Assembly: GCA_965203515.1 (NCBI GenBank)
Contig: OZ241907.1
Coordinates: forward strand, 672,001-736,000
Length of the DNA stretch: 64,000 nucleotides
Source: Spirochaetia bacterium
GTDB taxonomy: Bacteria > Spirochaetota > Spirochaetia > SZUA-6 > Bin103
Reading direction: 5' to 3'
The position numbers were made by a program, and so were the translations under genes. Shown piece by piece: positions 36,482-45,480 of this stretch. The notes below the pieces were generated by a model that saw nothing but the letters and a program-made list of their open reading frames with translations, searched no databases and was not told the DNA's origin. The first letter of the stretch is position 1; each line of letters starts with the position of its first letter.

Positions 36482-38173
36482 CTACGTAGCGGGCGGCGGC
36501 GGTGGACGCGCGGTCGGCAGGAGCGCCAAGAAATCGGCACGGGTACGCGCGTGCGGCAGCTGCTCGAACAACTCGCGCAGATACCAGTACGGCTCTCGCC
36601 GGTTGGCCTTCGCCGTCTCGATCAGGCTGTACAGCGTCGCGCTCGCCGCAGCGCCGCGCGGGCTGCCGGCAAACAGCCAGTTCTTGCGGCCCACCACGAA
36701 CGGCCGGATCGCCTGCTCGCAGGCGTTGTTGTCCGGCGTCAACTGCGCGTGCTCCACATAGCCGATCAGCTTCGGCCACTGTCCCAACGCGAACCCCACC
36801 GCCTTGCCGAGCGCCGAACTCGGCAGCACCTGCTCCCGCTTGTGCCGCAGCCACTCGTGCATCTGCACGAGCACCGGCTCCACCCGCGCGCGCCGCTCGG
36901 CCACGAACCGTTCGGGGTCCTCGGTCCGGTACCTCGCTAGCTGCGTCTCGATGCGGTACAGCTTGGCGATGTACCCCAGCGCCTGCAGCGCCGCACCGCT
37001 ACGGCTCGATACCTTGCTCAACGCCTCGGCGGCCTCCTTGAAGGCGCGCCGCACGTGCGCCCAACAGCCCACGTGCCGGATGCCCGGCTGGCTGCACGGC
37101 CGCAGGTAGCCCTCATACCCATCGGTCTGCACGTAGCCCTGGTAGTCGCCGATGATGTCGGCCGCCACCCGTGCGGCCCGACTCGGCTCATACCGGTAGA
37201 TCACCACCGGCGCCGCCGGCGGCCCGCCGCGGGCCACCCATACGTAGCTGCGCGTCGCGTTGGCGCGTCCCGGCTCGTTGAGCACCTGCACGGTCGTTTC
37301 GTCGATTTGCAGGATCGGTCCGCCGCGCAGTTGGTCGCCCAGCGCTGCCAGCAGCGGCCGACAGGCGCCGGCGACCGCCAGCATCCAGTCGGCCATCGTG
37401 CGCCGCGACACCGCCACTCCCAGCCGCGCGAACTGCTGCTCCTGCCGGTACAGCGGCAGCGCGTCGCAGAACTTCGCCGTGGCGATGAACGCCAGCAGCC
37501 CTTCGCTGGCGACTCCTTTGCGGATCAGCGCCGCCGGCGCCGGCGCCACCCGCACCGCCGCACGCTGCTCGTCGCCGGAGCCCTCGCAGTGATGGCAGGC
37601 GTACTTCGGCCGCACCGTGCGGAGCACCCGCACCTGCGGCGGGATCACGTCGAGCTTCTCGGCGGTCTCCTCGCCGATGCGGACCATGCGGTGGCCGCAG
37701 GCGCACTGCTGGTCTGCTTCGGGAAGGTCGACGACCCGCTCGACCCGCGGCAGCGACGGCGGCAGCGGTTGGCGGCGCGGGCGCCGGGCGCGGCTCGGCA
37801 CCGGGGCGGCCGCCGGTTCGGCAGGCAGTGGGTCGACCGGCAAGGCGTGGTCGGCGCTCCGTTCGATCTCGTTGAACAGCCGGATCTGCTGCTGCTCGGC
37901 AGCGCTCAGCTGTTCGCTGCTGCGCCCGTACCGCCGGTTTCGGTACCAGGCGAGCTCCTCTTCATAGAGCTCAATCTTCTTGTCCAACTCCTGGACCTGA
38001 TGATCCAGCGCATGGACCTGATGATCCAGCGCACTATTCCTGGTGACGAGTGAACTATTCCTGGCGACGAGTTGATCGTTGCGCACGATCAACTCGTCTT
38101 TTTCCAGGACCAGCAGCCGATTCTCCACGCGCAACCTGTCGCGTTGTTCGACCACCGACGGTGCGGCAGACAT
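36482..38173 (-). CDS. tnpC: IS66 DDE transposase
   Basis: 'YGRSSEQ', zinc finger, 'LPLYRQ', 'IDETT', 'QTDGYEGY', 'CWAHVRRAF' and 'DNNACEQAIRPFVVGRKNWLF'. Confidence 0.95.
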   Translation of the reverse strand: MSAAPSVVEQRDRLRVENRLLVLEKDELIVRNDQLVARNSSLVTRNSALDHQVHALDHQVQELDKKIELYEEELAWYRNRRYGRSSEQLSAAEQQQIRLFNEIERSADHALPVDPLPAEPAAAPVPSRARRPRRQPLPPSLPRVERVVDLPEADQQCACGHRMVRIGEETAEKLDVIPPQVRVLRTVRPKYACHHCEGSGDEQRAAVRVAPAPAALIRKGVASEGLLAFIATAKFCDALPLYRQEQQFARLGVAVSRRTMADWMLAVAGACRPLLAALGDQLRGGPILQIDETTVQVLNEPGRANATRSYVWVARGGPPAAPVVIYRYEPSRAARVAADIIGDYQGYVQTDGYEGYLRPCSQPGIRHVGCWAHVRRAFKEAAEALSKVSSRSGAALQALGYIAKLYRIETQLARYRTEDPERFVAERRARVEPVLVQMHEWLRHKREQVLPSSALGKAVGFALGQWPKLIGYVEHAQLTPDNNACEQAIRPFVVGRKNWLFAGSPRGAAASATLYSLIETAKANRREPYWYLRELFEQLPHARTRADFLALLPTARPPPPPAT

Positions 38174-38224
38174 GTCTCTACCTTACCTCAAATACCGCCG
38201 CCAGTCAAGATCGAACCAAGCCCG

Positions 38225-38578
38225 TCAGGCGATTTCGGCGTAGCTCAACTCCTCGTGTCGGTTCCAGAAATCGATCCCTGCCAACAGCATCCGCAGCTGC
38301 TCGGCGTCGATCTCTCGCCGCGCCTCGGCCGCCGTTCGCGGCCACGGAAAGCTGCCCTGCTCCAACCGCTTCATCCACAGACAGAACCCCGTCCGATCCC
38401 AGTACACCGCCTTCAGCAGTCGCCGCTGCCCGTTGCAGAACACGAACAACGACGCCTCGAACGGACTCAACCGCATCTGCTCCTGCACCAGCAGCACCAG
38501 CCCGTTGATCTGCTTGCGCAGGTCGGTCGCACCAGGCCGCACGTAGATGCGCGCCGCCTCCAACTCCAGCCGGATCAC
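38225..38578 (-). CDS. tnpB: IS66 accessory protein TnpB (Orf2)
   Basis: 'TDLRKQINGL...LFVFCN...YWDRTGFCLWMKRLEQGSFPWP'. Confidence 0.93.
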   Translation of the reverse strand: MIRLELEAARIYVRPGATDLRKQINGLVLLVQEQMRLSPFEASLFVFCNGQRRLLKAVYWDRTGFCLWMKRLEQGSFPWPRTAAEARREIDAEQLRMLLAGIDFWNRHEELSYAEIA

Positions 38579-38889
38579 TTCAGCGCCTCCAGCGCCGCCA
38601 GCACCTCGCGCAGATGCTCAGCGCGGACCGACGGCCACAGCCGCAGCACGTACCGCTCGCCGACCAGCAACTCCATCGTCGCGTGCTGCTCGGCGTCCTT
38701 GGCCCCGCCGGCCGCCCGCGCCAACTCGACCAGCGGCTGACGCCGGTCGGCCGTCTCCGGCAGCTTGCCGTCCCAGTTGCGCAGCGACCAGTAGGACAGA
38801 CCATGCTGCTCGCAATACGCCTTCTTCGTGAGCCCACTGCGTCGCCACGCTGCCACGTGCCGGCTCCAATACTCTCGTCCCTGTCTCAT
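38575..38889 (-). CDS. tnpA: IS66 accessory protein TnpA (helix-turn-helix)
   Basis: 'WSRHVAAWRRSGLTKKAYCEQHGLSYWSLRNW'. Confidence 0.88.
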   Translation of the reverse strand: MRQGREYWSRHVAAWRRSGLTKKAYCEQHGLSYWSLRNWDGKLPETADRRQPLVELARAAGGAKDAEQHATMELLVGERYVLRLWPSVRAEHLREVLAALEALK

Positions 38890-40591
38890 CGTTCGTCCCT
38901 CCTGCCAGGGACGATGTACCTCTATATATCCCCTTGTAAGGTGGGGTTCACCGGACGCTTACGAACATATCGTGCTACTGTAGTCTGTGAGCTTACTGAG
39001 GACGCAACACAGATAGACGACGATCGCCTCGCGCCAGGACTCCGGATAATCGCCCATCTCTTTGGCGCATAGGCGGATCTCTCGAACGAACACGCCCAAC
39101 GCCAGGAGTTGCCGGTCGGTGAAGATCGAGCGCCACGTGTCGAAGCCGTAACCGTCCACCGAAAACCCCCGGGCGCCAGCCACCGCCTTGGGAGTCGGTT
39201 CGATCGGTAAACCGAACGGGACATCGGCATAGAGCTCGACCAGTTCCTCGTTCTCCAACCCCGACGCCTTGATCTCCGCCTCGGTCGGCAGGCGGTACTC
39301 CTTACCCTGCTGGCCGTCTACCACCACGGCGGTCATACGCTCGCCCATCCGGCCGGCGCGCCCCTCGACGCGCATGTCCTCCATCGTGCTGATGTCGCCG
39401 CAGCACGGACACGTCGCCCCGCTGCGGTGCATGGTGCCGGCGCCGTCGTCCCCAGGAACGTCCCCGGCGGCGGCGACGCCGAACGTCACGCCGGCGCCGT
39501 CGGCCCGCGGCGCCATCGTCAGCAGCACGCGCTTGCTCGCCTTCCGGCACAGCCAGCGCGTCTTCAAGAGCGGAATCTCCGCCCGGCAGCCGCGGCAGCG
39601 GATCGTGCGCGCCCACAGGTACGCCACCGCCGGCTTGGCCACCCAGCGCGGGTTCGCTTCGTCTTCCAGATAGTACTCGTCGAACTCCGCGTTGAGCGCC
39701 GCCGCCGACACCCGTCCGTCCCGGTCCGGTTCCAGCAGCCGCGGCGGCCGCGGCCGGTAGCGCGCCGTGCGCTGCGGCGCGTTCCTCCCCGCGCCCTTGC
39801 GCCGCGCCGGCTCGAACTCCGCGTACGTCGGGTAGCGCGCCGCCAACTCCCGCCGCGCCCGGTCCAGCACCCGCTGTCCCCACGCCCGCAGATGCCACCC
39901 CGCGTCCGCCTCCGCCACCGGCGGCGAATGCATCGACGTAAACTCCGTCTCGTCGGTCTGGCCGTGCCCGTAACGGGCCAACTCCTGCCGTATCCGGCGC
40001 TGATTCTTGATTCCCAGCGCGTTCTTGACGAACGCCTCCACGAACGACCGATCTGCCAGCGCGAACGCGGGCAGCGGTCTGGTCCGGCCCGCCAGCAGCC
40101 GCGGATAGTGCAGCGTGCAGCGCAGGATGAACCACGCCACCGGGTTGATGTCCGCGGCCACCGCTTCGCAGCCCAGCCGCATCGCCTCCAGCGGAATCGC
40201 CCCGCCGCCGGCGAACGGATCAAGCACCCGCGGCGCCCGGCCGCCGAACGCCTGCCGAATCTCCCGCCGGAACGCGGCCAGCTCGCCACCGTGCTCCGGC
40301 TCCTGCTCGCGGCCCCAGTGCAGGATGCCGCCGTGGGTCTCCTCCCGCCTCCCGTTGCCGTCCGGCCGCTCCACCACGGTGCCCGCCATCCGCTCCAACA
40401 ACTCGCGGCGCGCGTCCCGGCTCCCCGGATCGGGCAGCAGCGTGGCCAGCAGGGCCGCCCGGCTCGCCGCCAACGGCCGCCGCGCCGGCCAGATGTGCAG
40501 CGTCGAGATATGCCCGTGGCGCACGTTCTTCTCATGCACCGAATCGAGCGACACCTGCTTCAGCGGAAACGCCGCCTCGATCAGCCGCCTG

Positions 40592-40903
40592 TCAGCCATC
40601 CGTTAGCCGATCAGCCGCCTCGCGCGCGGTGACGATTGGAATGCCTTTGACATTCCCGATTGCCAGCATGTCCTTCTTGTCGCCGGAAACGACCAAGTCG
40701 GCCTTGCCGGCGATGGCGGTGGCCAGTATCGGATTGTCGTCCGGATCGGGCGACAGTCTCACTTCCGGCAACTCGTCGACCACCACGGCAACCGCATCGA
40801 GAGCGGCGAGGAGATCGTCGGATTCCGCCTGCGGGATATATTTCCGCATAGCTTTCCGCGCCAGGTGTAAGTAAGTAAATAATCTAAAGAACGGGATCCG
40901 CAC
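40592..40903 (-). pseudogene. PIN-family toxin with a damaged N-terminus
   Basis: C-terminal 'DPDDNPILATAIAGKADLVVSGDKKDM' intact; the expected 'LDTN' strand is replaced by a short AT-rich stretch. Confidence 0.7.
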
Positions 40904-41132
40904 GGGCGTCGGCGACCGCTTCATCGGCGATGCTCCGGACCGCTTCGGCCGTCAGGTGCTCGTTGCGCTTCCAGATCGCCTCAACCGTCTCCCAGAAGAT
41001 CGCTTGGCGTACCGCGCGGTCCACGAACCGCGACAGGTCGCCCTTCTTTCCGCCCGTCCGCGCCAGATAGCTGCGCACGAGACGGTTCGTGTCGTCGGCG
41101 ATGACGAGATTCCACCGGTTCATCGAAGCCAT
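40884..41132 (-). CDS. Ribbon-helix-helix putative antitoxin
   Basis: 'RWNLVIADDTNRLVRSYLARTGGKKGDLSRFVDRAVR'; overlaps the PIN gene. Confidence 0.75.
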   Translation of the reverse strand: MASMNRWNLVIADDTNRLVRSYLARTGGKKGDLSRFVDRAVRQAIFWETVEAIWKRNEHLTAEAVRSIADEAVADARADPVL

Positions 41133-41220
41133 GTTCACGCTCAAGCGTACATACATCCTATCACGGACGAAACCGCGATGCAAGTAGCGGCGCCGCGGAT
41201 GGAGCGGGATCGGGACGTCG

Positions 41221-41354
41221 CGGGCAGCGCTTGCCTGGCTTGACGCGTCGCCAGCAGGCCGCCCGACTCGCCGCCAACGGCCGCCGCGCCGGCCAGATGT
41301 GCAGGGTCGAGCGGAAACGCCGCCTCGATCAACCGCGTATCAGCCATCCGCTAG
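41221..41354 (-). repeat. Degenerate, internally deleted copy of the DUF1156 5' end (about 40431-40606)
   Basis: 'MADTRLIEAAFPL' vs 'MADRRLIEAAFPL'; shared GCCGCCAACGGCCGCCGCGCCGGCCAGATGTGCAG. Confidence 0.85.
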
Positions 41355-41355
41355 G

Positions 41356-42014
41356 CTAGGTGCCGGCGGAGACGGACGCGGCGGCCTGGTCGATCCGGCT
41401 CACGGTACAGTCCCATTCGGCTGCTTTCCGAGTCAGGTAGCGGCGCGTCGCCGGGGCGACGTTCGCCGCCTCGCCTTCGTCGAAGCAGGCGAGCGTCTTG
41501 ACCGCTTCCATCGGCGGGAATACGTTCCCGAACAGCGCCCGTGCGGCGCCGAGGCCATCCTGCAGCCGCAGGCCGGCACGCAGGATCGCCGCCAGGTCGA
41601 GATAATCCCGCGCCGCGACGCGCTGCAACAGCACCTTCAGCTTGGTGCCGAACAGATCCAGCAACGAGGCGACCCACGGACCGTCCGCGGTCCGCTCGGG
41701 GTGCCCGACGCGGCCGAAGCCGATGTTGCCGAAGAACGACATCTTCACCGGAGCGCCGTTCATCGTCACCGACAGCGTCAGCGCCGCGGGCTCGCGCTGC
41801 AGCACCTCCGCGCGCGCGGCGAACGGCAGGGCGAACAACGCATCGTGGTCGAGCGGGGCGGACGAGAAGAAGTCGAAGTCGACCGAGGCTCGGTGTCCCA
41901 GCCGAGCGCGAGCGCCGTGCCGCCGTAGAGCACGAAGGAATCGGGTACGCCGGCAAGCGCCGGCCACAACCTGCGCTGCTCGTCGGGAAGCACGGCGAGG
42001 ATCGGTTCGAGCAC
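41356..42014 (-). pseudogene. AbiEii-like nucleotidyltransferase toxin with a 1-bp frameshift
   Basis: 'FVLYGGTALAL' and 'RLGHRASVDFDFF...KLKVLLQRVAARDYLD' are in different frames; one base is missing near 41904. Confidence 0.8.
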
Positions 42015-42331
42015 TACCGCGGCGGCCGTCGGCCCGGCAGATCGGGAACGGCGTCGAAGCCCAGCCGAAGATGCCAGAAGGACCAGGAGCGAGCGTTGAA
42101 TATGCCGACCGGAGGATCGCGCAGCACGGCGCGCAGGTCGTCGCCGGCAGCGACCGACAGCAGCCAGCGCACGTCCTCTACGGTGCCCAACGTCATGATC
42201 TGCGCCAGCAGCAGCCGCCGGTCGGCCAGCGTCTCGTCCGGCGGCTGCCACCAGACGTACTTCCGGGCCAGCTCCCAGGCACGGGATTGGCGCAAGCGGC
42301 GCGGCTGTCGCGGACCATCACACTCATGCAC
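42014..42331 (-). CDS. Small partner (putative antitoxin) of the AbiEii-like gene
   Basis: TAGTG overlap with the toxin; 'ARKYVWW...LAQIMTLGTVEDV...SWSFWHLRLG'; start uncertain. Confidence 0.6.
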   Translation of the reverse strand: MHECDGPRQPRRLRQSRAWELARKYVWWQPPDETLADRRLLLAQIMTLGTVEDVRWLLSVAAGDDLRAVLRDPPVGIFNARSWSFWHLRLGFDAVPDLPGRRPPR

Positions 42332-42456
42332 GCGCGTCGTCCTCTTTCAGAGTATATCCGAGGAAGCGTGAGACGCGCTGACGGCGCCGCGGTTCCGGGC
42401 CGAACGGCCGAGCCGCCACGGAAATACCGGATATTTCATTTTATCCAACCGTCGCC

Positions 42457-42485
42457 TTGACACCCGAATCGACCGCGCCGATACT
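42457..42485 (+). promoter_or_regulatory. Sigma70-like promoter of the NHLP precursor
   Basis: TTGACA-17 bp-GATACT with an AT-rich upstream tract; GAGGAG RBS downstream. Confidence 0.6.
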
Positions 42486-42528
42486 GGTAAGCCGTGGATA
42501 CACCACACAGCTTGAGGAGCTCAAGAAT

Positions 42529-42801
42529 ATGGAAACGGCGCAGGAAATGCATGCCAAGATCGTCGGCAAGGCGGCCGAGGACGCGGAGTTTCGCGCCCGA
42601 TTGCTGAGCGATCCGAAAGGAGCGATCGAGCAGGAGTTGGGCGTCACCATACCGGCGTCGCTGTCGATCGAGGTGCACGAAGACAGCGCCGAGACCGTGC
42701 ATCTGACGCTTCCCCCCGACAGCAAGCTGAGTGAAGACGATCTGGAGCAGGCTTCCGGCGGCTTCATCCATCTCTTGATCAAGGAATCCGAGAATTGGTG
42801 A
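42529..42801 (+). CDS. NHLP (nitrile hydratase-like leader) RiPP precursor
   Basis: 'KAAEDAEFRARLLSDPKGAIEQELG...VHEDS...LTLPP...LSEDDLEQASGG' then core FIHLLIKESENW. Confidence 0.88.
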   Translation: METAQEMHAKIVGKAAEDAEFRARLLSDPKGAIEQELGVTIPASLSIEVHEDSAETVHLTLPPDSKLSEDDLEQASGGFIHLLIKESENW

Positions 42802-42847
42802 TCGGTAGCCGCCCAGCGGTCCTGCCGGCGGCCGGATGACGCGGCGT

Positions 42848-45418
42848 TCAGTGCTCGTGGTGCTCGGCGTGGTCGTGCAGGGGCGTGTGGCCGTGGAACA
42901 CGCCACGCCGGTGCATCGCTTGGTGCAGGCGGTTCCAGGCGCCTTCCAGGGTGGCGCGGAGCTGCCGGTACCGCGCGGCGTCCGGGCGCGGGGCAATGGT
43001 GTCCACGTAGGCCAGGGCGCCCTCGATCTGCGCGATGATCAGCCCGGCGTCGTGCGCGGAGAACGGCCGCGCGCCGTCGACCCGCACCTGCACGGCGCTG
43101 GTATGGGCGGCGACGTCGCCGCCGCGCCCGCGGTAGCTGCCGCGCACCCGCAGCGCGATCCAGGTGGAGCCGGCTACCCGTACCGCCGCGCGGCCTGACG
43201 CGGCGAGCCGGCCGCCGGCGTCGACCTCCTCGGCTACCAGCCCGCCGCAGATCACCTCCACCGCGGCGATCGGCACCGCCACCGACTCTACCCGCCACTC
43301 GACCGCCACGCTGCCGCCGCCGGCCGGCAGCTCCACGATCGCCCCTGGCGCGGCGCCCTCGACCGTGAGCTCCGCCAGCGGTCCCACGGTCACGAAGGTG
43401 TTGCCGGCCTTGAGGGCCGCCATCCAGTCGTCGTAGGTGAACTCGCGGTCGCCGAGCTGCGTGTAGGTACGCACGCCGCCGAGCTGCGAAGAGGCGGCCA
43501 TCTTGTCGGAACCGCCCACCACCGGCAGCCGGTAGCCCAGATTGAGGTAGCGGTACCAGTCGGCGATGCCGTAGGGATTGAGCTGCGTCTCGCACGGGTT
43601 GAAGGTCATCATCTCCATCGCGTGGACCACGCCCAGCACGATGTCGGCGGCGCGCTCGCACTGCGGATTGGGGCCGTGCGGCATCACCACCACGCCGCCC
43701 TGCTCGATGCAGCGCGCGGCCCACTGGGCCATGGTCACCTCCTGCGGGTCGCCGATCGCCGATTCCGCCGGTCCGCCGGAGCACAACGGATGGATCATCG
43801 GGCCGGAGTACCCCAGGAGCGAGATGTGGCCCAGCACCTGCATGCGGTTCTCGGTGCCGACCCGCACCAGGAACTCGCCGGAACCGCCGAAGTCGCGCGC
43901 GCCGAGCGTGGTGGCGCCGTCGAAGTCGCCGACGTTGCTGAACATCTCCCCCCACTGGCTGGCCAGCAGGTTGACGACGTTGACGCCCTCGGCGGCGCCC
44001 TCCAGGAGCGCGGTCTGCGGGCTCAGGAAGTGGACGTGGGTGTCGGCGGTAACCCAGCCGCGCTCGCGCCAGCGCAGCACCCGATCCAGCTCGAACACCA
44101 GCTCGTCGGTGTCCGCCGCGACCGTCACGCGGGCGCGCAGCGGCCGCACCTCGTAGCCGCGCGTGATCTCCACGTAGACCTCGCCGAGCGGCAGGTCCGC
44201 CACGCACTCGCCCGGCACGTAGGCGTATTGGTTGGCGCCGTTGACGAACTCGCCGTAGTTGTCTTCGAACCAGTTGCCGTTGACGGTGCGGTGGTTACCC
44301 TTGGGCGGTAGGTATTCGCCGGCCGCGCCGTGCAGGTGGAGCCGCACCGCCACCGGCTGCGAGCCGCCGCGCTCCACGACGCGGATCGTCACCGGCCGCG
44401 CGGCCGCGGCCACCGCCTGCGGCCCCGCTTCCAGGGCGCGCACGTCGTACCGTCGGCCGCCGGCGTAGAGGCGGGCGTCCGGATGGGCGGCGTACTCGAC
44501 CAGCGCGCGCGTGGTGGAGACCGCCGGCTGCAGGTTCGGGGCGGGCGCGCCGGCGCCGCCGGTCCAGGCGGCATGGTCGTAGTCGAGCGCGGGCCGCGCG
44601 GAGATGATCGTGCCGAGGTCGAGCTCCAGGCCGGGGAGGTGGCCGGCGGCGTCGAACGCGGCGCCCGGCGGCAGGTCGAGGAGGAGCTTGCGCCGCGTGC
44701 CCGGCCGCAGCGGATGGTCGGCCAGCGCGGTGGCGGCGATGCCGTACACCGCGCAGCGCTCGCTGCCGGGTCGGAGCTCGACCGCTTCGATGGCGCGGTC
44801 GGGGTGCGGATTGGGCAGCGCGTAGAGCCACGCCAGGCGCTGCCCGGCGTCACGGCCGGAGTCGTGCCGGGTCTCGCCGCGGCCGTAGCCCCGGGCCGCC
44901 AGCCGGCCGGCCGCCTGATCCTCGGCGGCCGAGGCGAACACCCGATCGGCGTACATCGGAACGGCGGCGAAGGGGCTCGCCCCCCAGCCGATGCGCGCCT
45001 GCTGGATGGCGAAGCGGCGCCGGATCGGATGGACGTACTCGGACCCGCCGGCGTAGCGCAGCACGTAGTCGGCGGCGTGATCGCCCAGCTCGTTGCCGTC
45101 CGCGCCGTCGTCCGCGAAACCGGTCAGATAGTTGGAGGCGCGGTCCTCGACGTGATGCAGGAAGACCAGATAGGTCGCCTGCAACCCTCCGGCCGGCACC
45201 GTGACCGGCGTCTCGGAGTCAGCCGCCGCGGCGACCAGCACGACGTCCGGGCCGCGGCCGGCGCCCAGGTCGAACGGCACGCCGCGAAACGCCTGCCGGC
45301 CGAACAGGCCGGCCAGGTCCGGCGGCGGCGCCAGCGCTTCGGGAAGCGCGCCGCGCTCAGCGTTGTACGCGCCGGCCAACGACAGCGGAGTGAAGCGGTC
45401 GGATGCGGGAGCGGCCAT
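42848..45418 (-). CDS. CehA/McbA-like (PHP-fold) metallohydrolase
   Basis: 'GWVTADTHVH', 'GTENR...GHI', 'WYRYLNLGYRLPVVGGSD', 'GNTFVTVGP' and 'AHTS'; His-rich tail; start approximate. Confidence 0.75.
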   Translation of the reverse strand: MAAPASDRFTPLSLAGAYNAERGALPEALAPPPDLAGLFGRQAFRGVPFDLGAGRGPDVVLVAAAADSETPVTVPAGGLQATYLVFLHHVEDRASNYLTGFADDGADGNELGDHAADYVLRYAGGSEYVHPIRRRFAIQQARIGWGASPFAAVPMYADRVFASAAEDQAAGRLAARGYGRGETRHDSGRDAGQRLAWLYALPNPHPDRAIEAVELRPGSERCAVYGIAATALADHPLRPGTRRKLLLDLPPGAAFDAAGHLPGLELDLGTIISARPALDYDHAAWTGGAGAPAPNLQPAVSTTRALVEYAAHPDARLYAGGRRYDVRALEAGPQAVAAAARPVTIRVVERGGSQPVAVRLHLHGAAGEYLPPKGNHRTVNGNWFEDNYGEFVNGANQYAYVPGECVADLPLGEVYVEITRGYEVRPLRARVTVAADTDELVFELDRVLRWRERGWVTADTHVHFLSPQTALLEGAAEGVNVVNLLASQWGEMFSNVGDFDGATTLGARDFGGSGEFLVRVGTENRMQVLGHISLLGYSGPMIHPLCSGGPAESAIGDPQEVTMAQWAARCIEQGGVVVMPHGPNPQCERAADIVLGVVHAMEMMTFNPCETQLNPYGIADWYRYLNLGYRLPVVGGSDKMAASSQLGGVRTYTQLGDREFTYDDWMAALKAGNTFVTVGPLAELTVEGAAPGAIVELPAGGGSVAVEWRVESVAVPIAAVEVICGGLVAEEVDAGGRLAASGRAAVRVAGSTWIALRVRGSYRGRGGDVAAHTSAVQVRVDGARPFSAHDAGLIIAQIEGALAYVDTIAPRPDAARYRQLRATLEGAWNRLHQAMHRRGVFHGHTPLHDHAEHHEH

Positions 45419-45480
45419 GATCGATCGTACCATGCCCGGACGCACGATCGCCGCGGTTTTGGGCTAAACTACGCCAGCTC

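Larger units (their letters stand above)
36457..38962 (-). mobile_element. Complete IS66-family insertion sequence (2506 bp)
   Basis: 23-bp terminal inverted repeats GTAAGCGTCCGG(G/T)GAA(T/C)CCCACC; 8-bp duplication GAACATAT at 36449-36456 and 38963-38970; tnpA-tnpB-tnpC order. Confidence 0.97.
34945..40599 (-). pseudogene. DUF1156 family DNA adenine methyltransferase interrupted by IS66
   Basis: N-part 'LHIWPARRPLAASRA', 'VLDPFAGGGAIPLE' and Cys pairs; C-part 'TDPPYY'; removing the IS and one target copy restores ...SSTICS-WVNGRE... (3141 nt, 1046 aa). Confidence 0.9.

Noticed and set aside
33112..42847. Terminal direct repeat for the whole DUF1156/TA/NHLP region
   Set aside because: Searched by eye and found no convincing repeat; boundaries undefined
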